The notes under the pieces: model-generated
Database searches by the model: none
What the model was told of the DNA's origin: nothing
The model's input: the letters and a program-made list of their open reading frames with translations, nothing else
Program-made: the position numbers and the translations under genes
Part shown: positions 19,607-29,062 of the stretch, piece after piece
Position numbering within the stretch: position 1 is the first letter of the stretch
How the letters are laid out: every line of letters begins with the position of its first letter
NCBI GenBank assembly: GCA_964579635.1
Contig: CAZOFV010000004.1
Span: 817 to 64,816, forward strand
Reading direction: 5' to 3'
Length of the DNA: 64,000 nucleotides
From: an uncultured Candidatus Saccharibacteria bacterium
Lineage (GTDB): Bacteria; Patescibacteriota; Minisyncoccia; Phycocordibacterales; VMEP01

Positions 19607-21463
19607 TTAAGTCAAAATCGCTTTAATTCTACGCACCCCAGAGGAAACCGCCTCTTCTTTTGTTATTTTAAAATTACCAAGCTCACTCGTATTTTTAACA
19701 TGTGGTCCTCCGCAGAACTCAAGACTGAAATCGCCAACTTTATAAACACGGACAATGTCGCCATATTTCTCTTCAAATAATCTTATTGCTCCCCTTTTTT
19801 CCGCCTCAGCAAGTGGAATATCCTCATATGACACAGGAAGTGATTCTTTTATTTTTTGATTAACCAAATCTTCAACTTTCTTTTTTTCCTCATCGGTCAT
19901 TTTTTGGTTATGCGAAAAATCAAAACGAAGTCGTTCCCCTGTTATATTGCTACCCTTTTGAGCAACATGAGTACCCAGTATTTCTATAAGCGCTTTCTGA
20001 AGCAAGTGTGTCGCGGTGTGATATCTAACCGCCATCTCACCATGGTCGGCTAATCCACCTTTAAATTTCTGATCCGATTGTGATTTTGACAAAAGCTTAT
20101 GTTTTTCCATCTCTATCTTAAATCCATCTAAATCAACAGTTAGTTCTTTTTCTTTTGCAAGTTCCAAAGTAAGCTCAATAGGAAAACCGTAGGTAGTAAA
20201 CAAAAGAAAAGCTTCATGCCCGCTAATACCTTCACTTTTTATTTTTTCAAACTGACGCATTCCAACTTCCAGTGTTTTTCTAAACTTCACTTCCTCATTT
20301 TTTATTCCCTCGCGAATATATTCAATTTTTTCTTGAATCTCGGGATAAACATCTTTATAAATCAAAGAAATTGAATCAATTGTTTTTTGAAGTTCATTTT
20401 CTTTTAGTCCTAGCAAATCTGCATAACGAACAGCGCGTCTAATTAATCTTCTTAACACATAGCCTTGCTCAGTGTTTGATGGCAAAATTCCTCCACTCAT
20501 CATAAAAACAGCCCCTTTCATATGATCTGCTATGATCCTAAAAGCAGAATCATCTTTTACTAAACCACCTTGATATTTTTTCTGAGAAAGTTTTTCTATC
20601 GATTCAATAATAGGCTTAAAAAGATCTGTCCCGAAAATATCAGCTCCACCTAAGCTAGCTGCCGCAATTCTTTCTAACCCACCACCAAAATCAACATTTT
20701 TTTGAGGCAACGCAGAAAAACTTCCATCTACTTCTTTTACGTATTCCATAAATACGGAATTACCTATCTCCATAAAACGCCCACAATCACAATTTGGATG
20801 ACAATTTTCTCCAAACTTTTTATCGTGTGGTGTTCCAAAATCATAAAAAACCTCAGAATCTGGGCCACCTGGTTCACCGGCGGGCATATTTTCTGGAACA
20901 CCAGAACGACTCCACCAATTCTTTTTAGAATTGTAATAAAAAATCTTCCCACCCTGCATTCCAGTCTTTCCGCCATCTTCTTCACTACCAATAAATATAT
21001 CTTTAGCATCAATTCCAACTTTTTTAAAAAGTTCTTTCCAGATTAAAACCGCTTCGTTATCTTTTGGAATTCCATATTTTTCTTCTCCCGCAAAAACTGT
21101 CACATATAATTTTTCAGGAGAAAGCCCGACTTCTTTTGTAAAAAAATCAAAAACCCAATTTAGTTGTTCATTTTTAAAATAATCTCCTAAAGACCAATTA
21201 CCAAGCATCTCAAAACAGGTCGTATGGCGATTATCTCCAATCTCTTCAATATCTTCAGCACGAAAACATTTTTGAGAATTAACAAGGCGAACTCCTTTTG
21301 GGTGTGGAGAACCCAAGAGATATGGAAGAAGTGGTTGCATCCCAGAACTTGTAAAAAGAGTCGTGGGGTCATTTTCTGGGATAATTGGGGCAGATGGAAT
21401 AACCGCATGTCCACGCGAATTAAAATACTCCAGATATTTTTTTCTTATCTCAGTCCCGTTCAT
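19607..21463 (-). CDS. alaS: Alanine-tRNA ligase, shortened (no C-Ala domain)
   Basis: LFTSSGMQP, FEMLGNWS, editing motifs HTATHLL and EFCGGPHV; ends at GVRRIKA. Confidence 0.96.
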   Translation of the reverse strand: MNGTEIRKKYLEYFNSRGHAVIPSAPIIPENDPTTLFTSSGMQPLLPYLLGSPHPKGVRLVNSQKCFRAEDIEEIGDNRHTTCFEMLGNWSLGDYFKNEQLNWVFDFFTKEVGLSPEKLYVTVFAGEEKYGIPKDNEAVLIWKELFKKVGIDAKDIFIGSEEDGGKTGMQGGKIFYYNSKKNWWSRSGVPENMPAGEPGGPDSEVFYDFGTPHDKKFGENCHPNCDCGRFMEIGNSVFMEYVKEVDGSFSALPQKNVDFGGGLERIAAASLGGADIFGTDLFKPIIESIEKLSQKKYQGGLVKDDSAFRIIADHMKGAVFMMSGGILPSNTEQGYVLRRLIRRAVRYADLLGLKENELQKTIDSISLIYKDVYPEIQEKIEYIREGIKNEEVKFRKTLEVGMRQFEKIKSEGISGHEAFLLFTTYGFPIELTLELAKEKELTVDLDGFKIEMEKHKLLSKSQSDQKFKGGLADHGEMAVRYHTATHLLQKALIEILGTHVAQKGSNITGERLRFDFSHNQKMTDEEKKKVEDLVNQKIKESLPVSYEDIPLAEAEKRGAIRLFEEKYGDIVRVYKVGDFSLEFCGGPHVKNTSELGNFKITKEEAVSSGVRRIKAILT

Positions 21464-21540
21464 TTTTCCTATTGTAATACAATTAAAACTATCTGAGCAA
21501 ACACAGTGAGAATACTAAGATCAGATTACTCGTTACTGTC

Positions 21541-21563
21541 ACTTGGAGGCTTCGCCTCCAAGT
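21541..21563. repeat. Perfect 10-bp-stem hairpin (terminator or REP-like)
   Basis: acttggaggc-ttc-gcctccaagt downstream of the 760-aa surface gene. Confidence 0.6.
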
Positions 21564-21597
21564 TGGGAGATAATCTTTTTACATGAGGCGGACTTTT

Positions 21598-23880
21598 CTA
21601 AAACTCCTCAACTCGAACCCTACAATCCACCCTACATCTCGCAGGATTCTCACCTTTAGAAGGTTGACAGATTCCATTACCACAAGAGGTGTTTGAACTA
21701 CAGGAAGCATTGATTCCTCCGTATTCGCCAGCACAAGTCCATGTCCATGAAGAAGGAGTTCCTCCTTCTGGTAAAAAGTTGGTATTTGATGGTAATACAG
21801 TAGGTCCTGGTAATCCAACTGTATTACAGAGATTTGATGTTGGTTTCTTTTGAGATGGTATCCCGTTGGCAGAACCGCAGACTCCATCTACTGGGTTATT
21901 AACATTTACTGTTATCGTGCGAGAAGGACAGTTGGTTGACCATAAGCCCATGTTGTCTTGAGCTCTAAAGTAGACAGTGTAGGTTCCAGCAGAAAAAGAT
22001 CTAACGAAACTTACCAAAGAACTAAGTAATGTTCCGGTAGAGCAGTTTCCACTTCTCCATTCATAACCAACAACTGTGCCATCTGCGTCTGTTGCTGATC
22101 CTGTAAACTGCTGGGTTTGATTTTCAAATATGGTGATATCGATTGCTGGGCTGACAATTGATGCGGTTGGTGGTGTAGCTGGGATACAAGAGCTGGTACT
22201 ACTTTGCCAGATGAATAGTGGTGCACAGGTATTACAGCTTACTGGGTTGTTTGCTCCGTTATTACATATTCCATTGGTACAGCCGCCATTACTACATGTA
22301 GCACAAGTGCTTCCATTCCAACCAAGTGGGGTAGAACAAGTGTTGCATGTTGGGTAGTTGTTTGCGCCATTTGAACAAGTTGGAGTAATTGTGAAAGAAC
22401 TGAATGGAGACCAACCGCTGTATAGTCCATTGGAGCTATTGTAAGCATATCCAGAAAGAGTGTTGCTGTTTATCGGTGAAGTGAAGTTTGTGTTGAAAGT
22501 TACGACGTAAGAGACAGTTCTAGTGTTTCCTGATACTGAAGTACTGCAAGACACGAGGTTGATATATTCTGGACCATAACCATTGTAGATTGTTGCAGAG
22601 CCACCACCAGAACAAGCTATTGGTGGTATTTTGTATAATCCTCCGAAGAAGGTAAATCCAATTGATGACCATCCTAGATATCCACGATAGTAACCAGCGT
22701 TCACTCCTTGGTAATTTACTAAAGCGAGTTCGTCGGTAATGAAGGAACCGCCGCCGTAGTTAGAAGCTGTTGAGGTAATGGTGTATTGATTGGTTGCGTT
22801 AGTTAGCACTGTACCACTACTGATAGTGACGTTTGTCATAGTTGGAAGAGGCGGAGATACTGTGAAGTTGGTTGTTGACCAACCAGAACCAGCCCAGACA
22901 GTGTTGTAGCAATATGCAGAAATAGTATGAGCTCCTGGACTAGTCATGGCTCCCGCATAATATGTTCCGGAGGTTGTGTATCCGGCGACTAAATATGTAG
23001 ACCAATCAAGTAGTAAATAACAGTAGTAGCCGTTTGTGGAGGAAAGAGTAAATCCTGGGTTGGCACCATAAGGTACTGGATTTTGCGAAACGGAAGCAGA
23101 TGCGGTGGGAGGATCATAGGTCCAGTAAACAACAACAACGCCCTGCGCGCCATCACCAGCGTAAGTGGGGGTCCCCCAGTCGCAGGTGGCGTTGGAGCCA
23201 AACACTTGGCTGGCAAACACTCCTCCTCCACCACCACCACCTCCTCCACCAGATTGTGGATAGACTAAAGGTGACCCACCACTCCATGCGCCACACGTGC
23301 ACGACGTCTCATTGCAATCATAAAGAAGGGTACAGGTTCCGGCGGTGGCCGCTGAGCCCCCAGCACCTCCAGCACCTCCAGAGCCACTAGCGCCACCGGC
23401 GCCACCAGTAGTTGCCCATCTACTTGGTGGCCAAGAACCATACGAACCGTAACTAGCTGTCCCGTAACCTCCATACCCCGGGGAACCGCCCGTCTGACCA
23501 CCGCCACCGCCATACGCAACCACTGGCCCAATAAGAGAATATCCACCATCACCACCAGGACTTGATGCACCAGACTCACAGTGGGGAGCACCGCCATGAA
23601 CACCGCCCGGGCCAACAGTAACCCAATAAGACTGACCACCTGTTACCGAAAAAGACCCGACACTATAACCTCCTCCTCCGCCACCAGCACCAGCACCTTC
23701 ATTGGTACCACCAGCACCAGCTCCACCACCACCAACTACTACTGCGGTTAGAGAAGACACTCCTGTTGGCACGGTAAAGGTCCCACTGCTAGTAAAAGTA
23801 TATGATTCGGCAAGTGAAATGCTCGGCATCACTGTGAGCAAAACTACTGCAACAATAACCGTAGAGATTATTTTTTTCAT
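21598..23880 (-). CDS. Secreted Gly-rich, Cys-rich surface protein with PKD/Ig-like domain
   Basis: Signal peptide ending ISLA; FTSSGTFTVP..VVGGGGAG Gly-rich domain; two C.NGANN..CNTC repeats; DADGTVVGYEW PKD-like motif. Confidence 0.75.
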   Translation of the reverse strand: MKKIISTVIVAVVLLTVMPSISLAESYTFTSSGTFTVPTGVSSLTAVVVGGGGAGAGGTNEGAGAGGGGGGYSVGSFSVTGGQSYWVTVGPGGVHGGAPHCESGASSPGGDGGYSLIGPVVAYGGGGGQTGGSPGYGGYGTASYGSYGSWPPSRWATTGGAGGASGSGGAGGAGGSAATAGTCTLLYDCNETSCTCGAWSGGSPLVYPQSGGGGGGGGGGVFASQVFGSNATCDWGTPTYAGDGAQGVVVVYWTYDPPTASASVSQNPVPYGANPGFTLSSTNGYYCYLLLDWSTYLVAGYTTSGTYYAGAMTSPGAHTISAYCYNTVWAGSGWSTTNFTVSPPLPTMTNVTISSGTVLTNATNQYTITSTASNYGGGSFITDELALVNYQGVNAGYYRGYLGWSSIGFTFFGGLYKIPPIACSGGGSATIYNGYGPEYINLVSCSTSVSGNTRTVSYVVTFNTNFTSPINSNTLSGYAYNSSNGLYSGWSPFSSFTITPTCSNGANNYPTCNTCSTPLGWNGSTCATCSNGGCTNGICNNGANNPVSCNTCAPLFIWQSSTSSCIPATPPTASIVSPAIDITIFENQTQQFTGSATDADGTVVGYEWRSGNCSTGTLLSSLVSFVRSFSAGTYTVYFRAQDNMGLWSTNCPSRTITVNVNNPVDGVCGSANGIPSQKKPTSNLCNTVGLPGPTVLPSNTNFLPEGGTPSSWTWTCAGEYGGINASCSSNTSCGNGICQPSKGENPARCRVDCRVRVEEF

Positions 23881-23943
23881 TTCATCTTTATATCACTCAA
23901 CATATTTTGACTATTCACAGATGCTTATCTTGATTGTTGTTTT

Positions 23944-24483
23944 TTATCTTACTTGCACTTCCCCACCAACAAGGGATTGAATATTTATTCTCGTAGCCAC
24001 GAACGTTTTTAAGCTTGATATATCAACAGAAGAAAAAGCAACAAGAATATCTCCAACTTTAATATCTTCAAGTGCAACCCCAACTCGAGTAAAAGGCTCT
24101 GGTGGTATTGTAAGCGTAGTTGTATTTTGTTTTTGCTTTTCGGCAAAGTCCGCTAAATCCTTTTTTATTGACTCAGAATCTTTTTGAATAAGATTTTCAA
24201 TAACAGTGGCCTTATCAACAGTCACGACGATGGATTCTGTTGGATCTCCCGAGATAACCTTGCTTGGCATTTTCCTTGCGTCTTTAAGAAAGATCTCTTT
24301 ATCAGATATTTTTTCAACAGTACCAACAGCCATGTGTTGTTCTAATTGTTCCAATCCTGTGTTTTGTGTCTTGGGAGCAGTCTTTATATTTGAGCCACCC
24401 GTATAGACATAAAAAACCGTAGCGAGAATAGCAATTACACCAATAACAGCAGTGGCACTAATTATTTTTTTATATTCAGCCAT
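23944..24483 (-). CDS. Membrane-anchored hypothetical protein (OB-fold/DUF5666-like)
   Basis: N-terminal TM; GTVEKIS...LEDIKVGDIL pattern. Confidence 0.55.
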   Translation of the reverse strand: MAEYKKIISATAVIGVIAILATVFYVYTGGSNIKTAPKTQNTGLEQLEQHMAVGTVEKISDKEIFLKDARKMPSKVISGDPTESIVVTVDKATVIENLIQKDSESIKKDLADFAEKQKQNTTTLTIPPEPFTRVGVALEDIKVGDILVAFSSVDISSLKTFVATRINIQSLVGGEVQVR

Positions 24484-24673
24484 ATTATTGTTTTTATTTA
24501 TTGATCTTTATTTTAACACACAACTATTATGTTTATATTGGCAATTGTGCATAAATATAAATTATTAATTCTTACTGTAATACAGGCAAAAATATCTGAG
24601 TAAATATAACAAGGATAGTAGTATTAAATTACTAATTTCTATCACACTTAAAAACAAAAACTTTAAATGACTT

Positions 24674-27600
24674 CTAAAACTCAAAAAACTTAACCTTGCA
24701 ATCTGCCCTACAAGTAGATGGGTTTTCACCTTTAGAAGCCTGACACTTATCGTCACCGCACGATGTTCCTAACTGACGGCATACACCCTCTGAATCACAT
24801 ACTGTACCAACTGAACTACACGAAGCATTTGAGCCATTATATTCACCAGCACAGGTCCATGTCCAAGATAGCGCAGGGTTGTTTTCAGGAAGAATATTGA
24901 TATCTGTGGGTAGAACAGTTGGACTTGGTAAGCCTACTGTGTTACAGAGATTAGAGGTTGGTTTCTTTTGAGTTGGAACGCCGTTAGCAGAGCCACAAAC
25001 TCCTGGTATTGGATCTGGTGTAGTAACGGTCAATCGACGATATCGGCATGGTGATGACCATGCCCCGGAATCATCTTGGCCCCTGAAAAAAATCCAGTAT
25101 GTTCCGGGAACAAATGAACGAACAAAACTTGTTAAAGAACTAATGAGTGTGCCGGAGGTGCAGTTATCGAGTCTCCATTCATAAGCCACTATAGTACCGT
25201 CAATATCGGCGTCTGTGGCCGCACCAGAAAATTGCTGTGACTGGGAGCTGTTTATTGTGATGTCTGTAGCGGGGCTAATGATTGTCGCTGTTGGTAATTT
25301 GTTTTTATACGCATAACAGGTAGGATTTGCTCCATTTACCCCACGACACTCCCACTGATAACGATCAAGAAGGTTCCAAACATAACCCGGAGTACCTGTA
25401 TTGCAAAGCCCAGAAGTTGGAGCAGTTGTTAACCTTGTAGTCCCATTAGCTGGGCCACAAGAACCGTTAACTATGGATGTTACTATGTTTATAGTCTTAA
25501 AAACGTTTGCAGATTGATTATTATTAGAATCTTGTGTTCTTACATAAAAAACTTTCGTTCCAGTTGTGCCCCATGTACGACTAATTGTTTGAGGGGTCCC
25601 AGACGGAACATATCCAACCGCAGGAGCCCATTCGTCAATAATAGTGTCGAAGTTCCAGTCAAAGCCATACCTAACATTATCACCATCAATATCTGTTGCG
25701 GTAGCTGTAAAACTTACGGGAGTATTCACAAGACTAGGATCCTGATAAACAAGAGTTGGTGTTGATGGTGGATTACTTGGAGGAGCTGCAGTAAATGAGA
25801 AAGAAAGACTCATGGCTTGAACATCGAAATTAAGACCACCGGAACGCCCATATTGACCTGTTTGTCTACTGTCATAACTAATAAATTGTCCCGCTCGAAG
25901 AAAACCACTTGTAGCTGGGTATGAAACATACATATTAATTGGTTGTCCAGAAGAAGCTGTAACTAAACAATCAGAATAAAAAGGACTATAGCTCACAGTT
26001 GGAGCACACCACGTAGGATCACCAGGGTACAGCGAACAGAAAAAGCTGTTATATGGAGCAACTGTCCTCACACCACCTAAAGTAGCTCCACAGCTAAGAC
26101 CGCTTCCAGAGACAGAAAATGTTGGAGGTATGGTGGCCATATCCCCTTGATAAATAATGTAATACCAACCACCAGAAACATAATTAATGTTGGCACACTC
26201 ATTATATGTTGTACAAGATTTTGCAGAGGTGTCCCATCGTCCATACGGAGAGTCATATTCACCACCTGTGCCAACCCAAGAACTTGCGCCACTATTTGGA
26301 TTCCAGGTCACCCTAACAGTAGCGCCGGTTGGAATTGAGGATCCATCAAGTATCTCTGCCCCAAAAAGAGTTACAGTGGCATTGTATATCACCGTCGCTG
26401 TTATTCCCGCGACCCCGTAACCAGTCGGATTAGAAGACCCCTCACTAAAACCAAGTATCGGCAAGCTTTGTGTTGTCCCAACGCTCTTTGCTTCTGCTAA
26501 TAGTGGCACCGTAAAAGAAGACCCGAGAAAAATAAGTATTAACACAAGAGAAATTGGCAATTTTTTCCTACCACGAAAAACTCTCCACAAAATATAAGCG
26601 ATAGACAAAAGAACCAAACCACCTAAAACAATAGCGCCCGTATTCGTTTTTTTAGGACAGATGTCAGGGTTAATATTCCGACAATCATAAACCTCTTTTA
26701 CTTCCTCAACTACTTCTCCTTTGTGTTTAAGTGTGGCAGTTAAGGAAAATGTTGTGTAATTTTTTTTCGGAGTAAACAGATCTTTTACCCCCATCATTGT
26801 ACTTGTAATATCTCCAGCATACTCATAGGAATGGATAAATCTCCCATTTTCATCCCTTAGTGTTAAAGTCAAGGTGTTATCTTTAACAAAGCCGTCACTA
26901 ACCGCGTGAACGCAAGAAAAAAGCGTATTTTCCTTATTTTTTTCAAGTGGATAGCTCATAATACTTGGAAAATTTATTCTTGTTTCCTCAATGCCATCAC
27001 GAACAAAACGAATGTTAAGAATTGATTTACTAGAAAGATCTCTGGTCTCTACTACAAGATAAGAAACAATCGCCCCGGTTGGTAAGGCGGTATATGAAAT
27101 TTCTTTGGTCTCTCTTGGCTTTAATTGCACAGATTCTGTTTTTATATCCTTAAGATTTTCTTCACGAAGACCATCCCAGTTATATAATTTCCAAACGACA
27201 GGGACTGTCACTGATTCGTTTTTCGGGTTTACAATCTTAACAACAACGCTCACTGGATCATCTTTTGAAAAATGAAGGGGGAAGGCGGCAAAACGATGTG
27301 GTTGCTTGTTCAAAGTAACCGTACTCTTGTCAAAAGCGACAACGCCAATCTTGCTATCATTAACAACAGAAAAATAAACCTGATTACCAACTACGTCATC
27401 AGTAAAAGAAAGTCCTAAAAGGTTATAGCGCTTAGCGGTCTGAAAAAAGAAGGTTGCAATATAATCTCCAGCCGGAGCGTTATCTGGAACTTTCCATAAA
27501 AATGACGTCTTCTTACTTCCTTTTGCTGGGAGTGTAAAGGTTTCGTTGAGTGGAAACTGGTCAACTAGCTCAAACCCATTTTCTTGGTCAAAATTTTCTC

Positions 27601-28042
27601 CCGCTTGTTGTCTAAATATTTTTACGTAAACTTGACCATCAACTATAGGATAAGGGTTGGCATTTTTTATTTCACCAGGAAACCCGACTGTCGCACCGGG
27701 AACAGTTTGGGAAAGCGTAGTCGGAAGATCAACTTGAACAGAACCAAAATGATAATAATCAAAACAATCAACTGTTCCTAGAGGAGAAGCTCCAGATGTA
27801 TCGACACCAGAGGGATTGCCTAAAAGAATAAAAGAAGTCATTTTCTCTTTTTCTTCATTCGTCCAAGTCTTTTGGTCTTTCTTAAAGATAGCCTGTATTT
27901 CGACGGGGGCTTCTTTAAGATTAACTGTTGGCGCACCAGGCGACGAAGGAGTTGTCACTTGGGCTTGCGACGATGGTGCTACAATAAAAAACAAAAAAAA
28001 GAAAATAAAAAACAGAGATAAATTAAAAAATTTAAAGTTCAT
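24674..28042 (-). CDS. Large surface protein (1122 aa) with Ig/PKD-like domains, central TM pair and Cys-rich C-terminus
   Basis: Signal peptide ending SQA; two hydrophobic segments near aa 470-518; ATDIDGDNVRYGFDW and DIDGTIVAYEW PKD-like motifs. Confidence 0.75.
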   Translation of the reverse strand: MNFKFFNLSLFFIFFFLFFIVAPSSQAQVTTPSSPGAPTVNLKEAPVEIQAIFKKDQKTWTNEEKEKMTSFILLGNPSGVDTSGASPLGTVDCFDYYHFGSVQVDLPTTLSQTVPGATVGFPGEIKNANPYPIVDGQVYVKIFRQQAGENFDQENGFELVDQFPLNETFTLPAKGSKKTSFLWKVPDNAPAGDYIATFFFQTAKRYNLLGLSFTDDVVGNQVYFSVVNDSKIGVVAFDKSTVTLNKQPHRFAAFPLHFSKDDPVSVVVKIVNPKNESVTVPVVWKLYNWDGLREENLKDIKTESVQLKPRETKEISYTALPTGAIVSYLVVETRDLSSKSILNIRFVRDGIEETRINFPSIMSYPLEKNKENTLFSCVHAVSDGFVKDNTLTLTLRDENGRFIHSYEYAGDITSTMMGVKDLFTPKKNYTTFSLTATLKHKGEVVEEVKEVYDCRNINPDICPKKTNTGAIVLGGLVLLSIAYILWRVFRGRKKLPISLVLILIFLGSSFTVPLLAEAKSVGTTQSLPILGFSEGSSNPTGYGVAGITATVIYNATVTLFGAEILDGSSIPTGATVRVTWNPNSGASSWVGTGGEYDSPYGRWDTSAKSCTTYNECANINYVSGGWYYIIYQGDMATIPPTFSVSGSGLSCGATLGGVRTVAPYNSFFCSLYPGDPTWCAPTVSYSPFYSDCLVTASSGQPINMYVSYPATSGFLRAGQFISYDSRQTGQYGRSGGLNFDVQAMSLSFSFTAAPPSNPPSTPTLVYQDPSLVNTPVSFTATATDIDGDNVRYGFDWNFDTIIDEWAPAVGYVPSGTPQTISRTWGTTGTKVFYVRTQDSNNNQSANVFKTINIVTSIVNGSCGPANGTTRLTTAPTSGLCNTGTPGYVWNLLDRYQWECRGVNGANPTCYAYKNKLPTATIISPATDITINSSQSQQFSGAATDADIDGTIVAYEWRLDNCTSGTLISSLTSFVRSFVPGTYWIFFRGQDDSGAWSSPCRYRRLTVTTPDPIPGVCGSANGVPTQKKPTSNLCNTVGLPSPTVLPTDINILPENNPALSWTWTCAGEYNGSNASCSSVGTVCDSEGVCRQLGTSCGDDKCQASKGENPSTCRADCKVKFFEF

Positions 28043-28049
28043 AATTTAA

Positions 28050-28469
28050 TCATAATACAACAAGTATCGCCCCTGCAACTATTAAGAATGCCCCAGCCAA
28101 AGATTTAACCCCAAGTCCTTCTCCGAGAAAAAGAGCGGCAAAAATAATAACAAAAACAATACTCAATTTATCTACTGTTGCGACACTGGACGCCTTCCCC
28201 TCCTTCAATGCAGAGAAATAAAATAACCAAGAAAGAGCACCTGCGACTGCAGATAAAATAATAAAAATCCAATCACGCCCAGCAAAACTGGAAAAAGAAA
28301 AATCGTTAAATTTTTTAAGAGAGAGGCTCGTTATAAGAAGAAACCCCGCCATGATAACGGCGCGAACGGTAGTTGCGAGGGTTGTATCAATCCCCTTAAG
28401 GCCAACTTTTCCTAAAATAGCTACGAATGAGGCGAATATTGCAGAAAAAATTGCGTACCAAAACCACAT
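28050..28469 (-). CDS. EamA/DMT family small transporter
   Basis: 5 TM; LSWLFYFSALKEG, DKLSIVFV, LFLGE. Confidence 0.88.
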   Translation of the reverse strand: MWFWYAIFSAIFASFVAILGKVGLKGIDTTLATTVRAVIMAGFLLITSLSLKKFNDFSFSSFAGRDWIFIILSAVAGALSWLFYFSALKEGKASSVATVDKLSIVFVIIFAALFLGEGLGVKSLAGAFLIVAGAILVVL

Positions 28470-28472
28470 ATA

Positions 28473-28964
28473 TTATCTTTCTTCAGGAACATCAATACCT
28501 TCATATGCCGTGAAAAGTTTTTCCTCTACATACCAAAGAAGCGTAAAGATTGCCAGTGTAAAAATTGTTGTAAAAAAAGCGGCAATATAGTAACCAAAAC
28601 CAACAGCCATTCCAATCGCAGAAACAACCCATAAACCAGCAGCTGTGGTTAACCCGGTAAGCTTAGAATCTTTAAAGATAATTATTCCAGCACCCAAAAA
28701 ACCAACACCAACAACTATGTTTGAAGCAACATGAAGTGGGTTTACTTGAATATTTGTGTATAAATACTGCTTAACAACATATTCAGAAGATAGAATAAAC
28801 AAAGCTGAACCCATCGAGACTAAAGCGTATGTTCTTATGCCGGCGCTTTTTTTTGCAAAAACACGCTCAAGCCCAAGTATTGCGCCAAGTGACATCGCGA
28901 GGAAAAGCCTAATAAAAACTTCTGTGTTTTCCGGCGTAACCAAAATCAACAAGTCTGGAATCAT
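28473..28964 (-). CDS. MgtC/SapB family membrane protein
   Basis: GLERV...AGIRTYALV; GVGFLGAGII; GLTTAAGLW. Confidence 0.92.
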   Translation of the reverse strand: MIPDLLILVTPENTEVFIRLFLAMSLGAILGLERVFAKKSAGIRTYALVSMGSALFILSSEYVVKQYLYTNIQVNPLHVASNIVVGVGFLGAGIIIFKDSKLTGLTTAAGLWVVSAIGMAVGFGYYIAAFFTTIFTLAIFTLLWYVEEKLFTAYEGIDVPEER

Positions 28965-29062
28965 ATATTTAAATTTAAAATTAACTTAAATATAGTATAA
29001 CAAAAGATAGACCATTAAACATTTTAGATATACACACCGCGCTAAATAACAACAAATTTTGA

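Noticed and set aside
21598-25294. Diversity-generating retroelement template/variable repeat pair
   Set aside because: Both copies are coding, differences are not adenine-specific, and no reverse transcriptase is in the window
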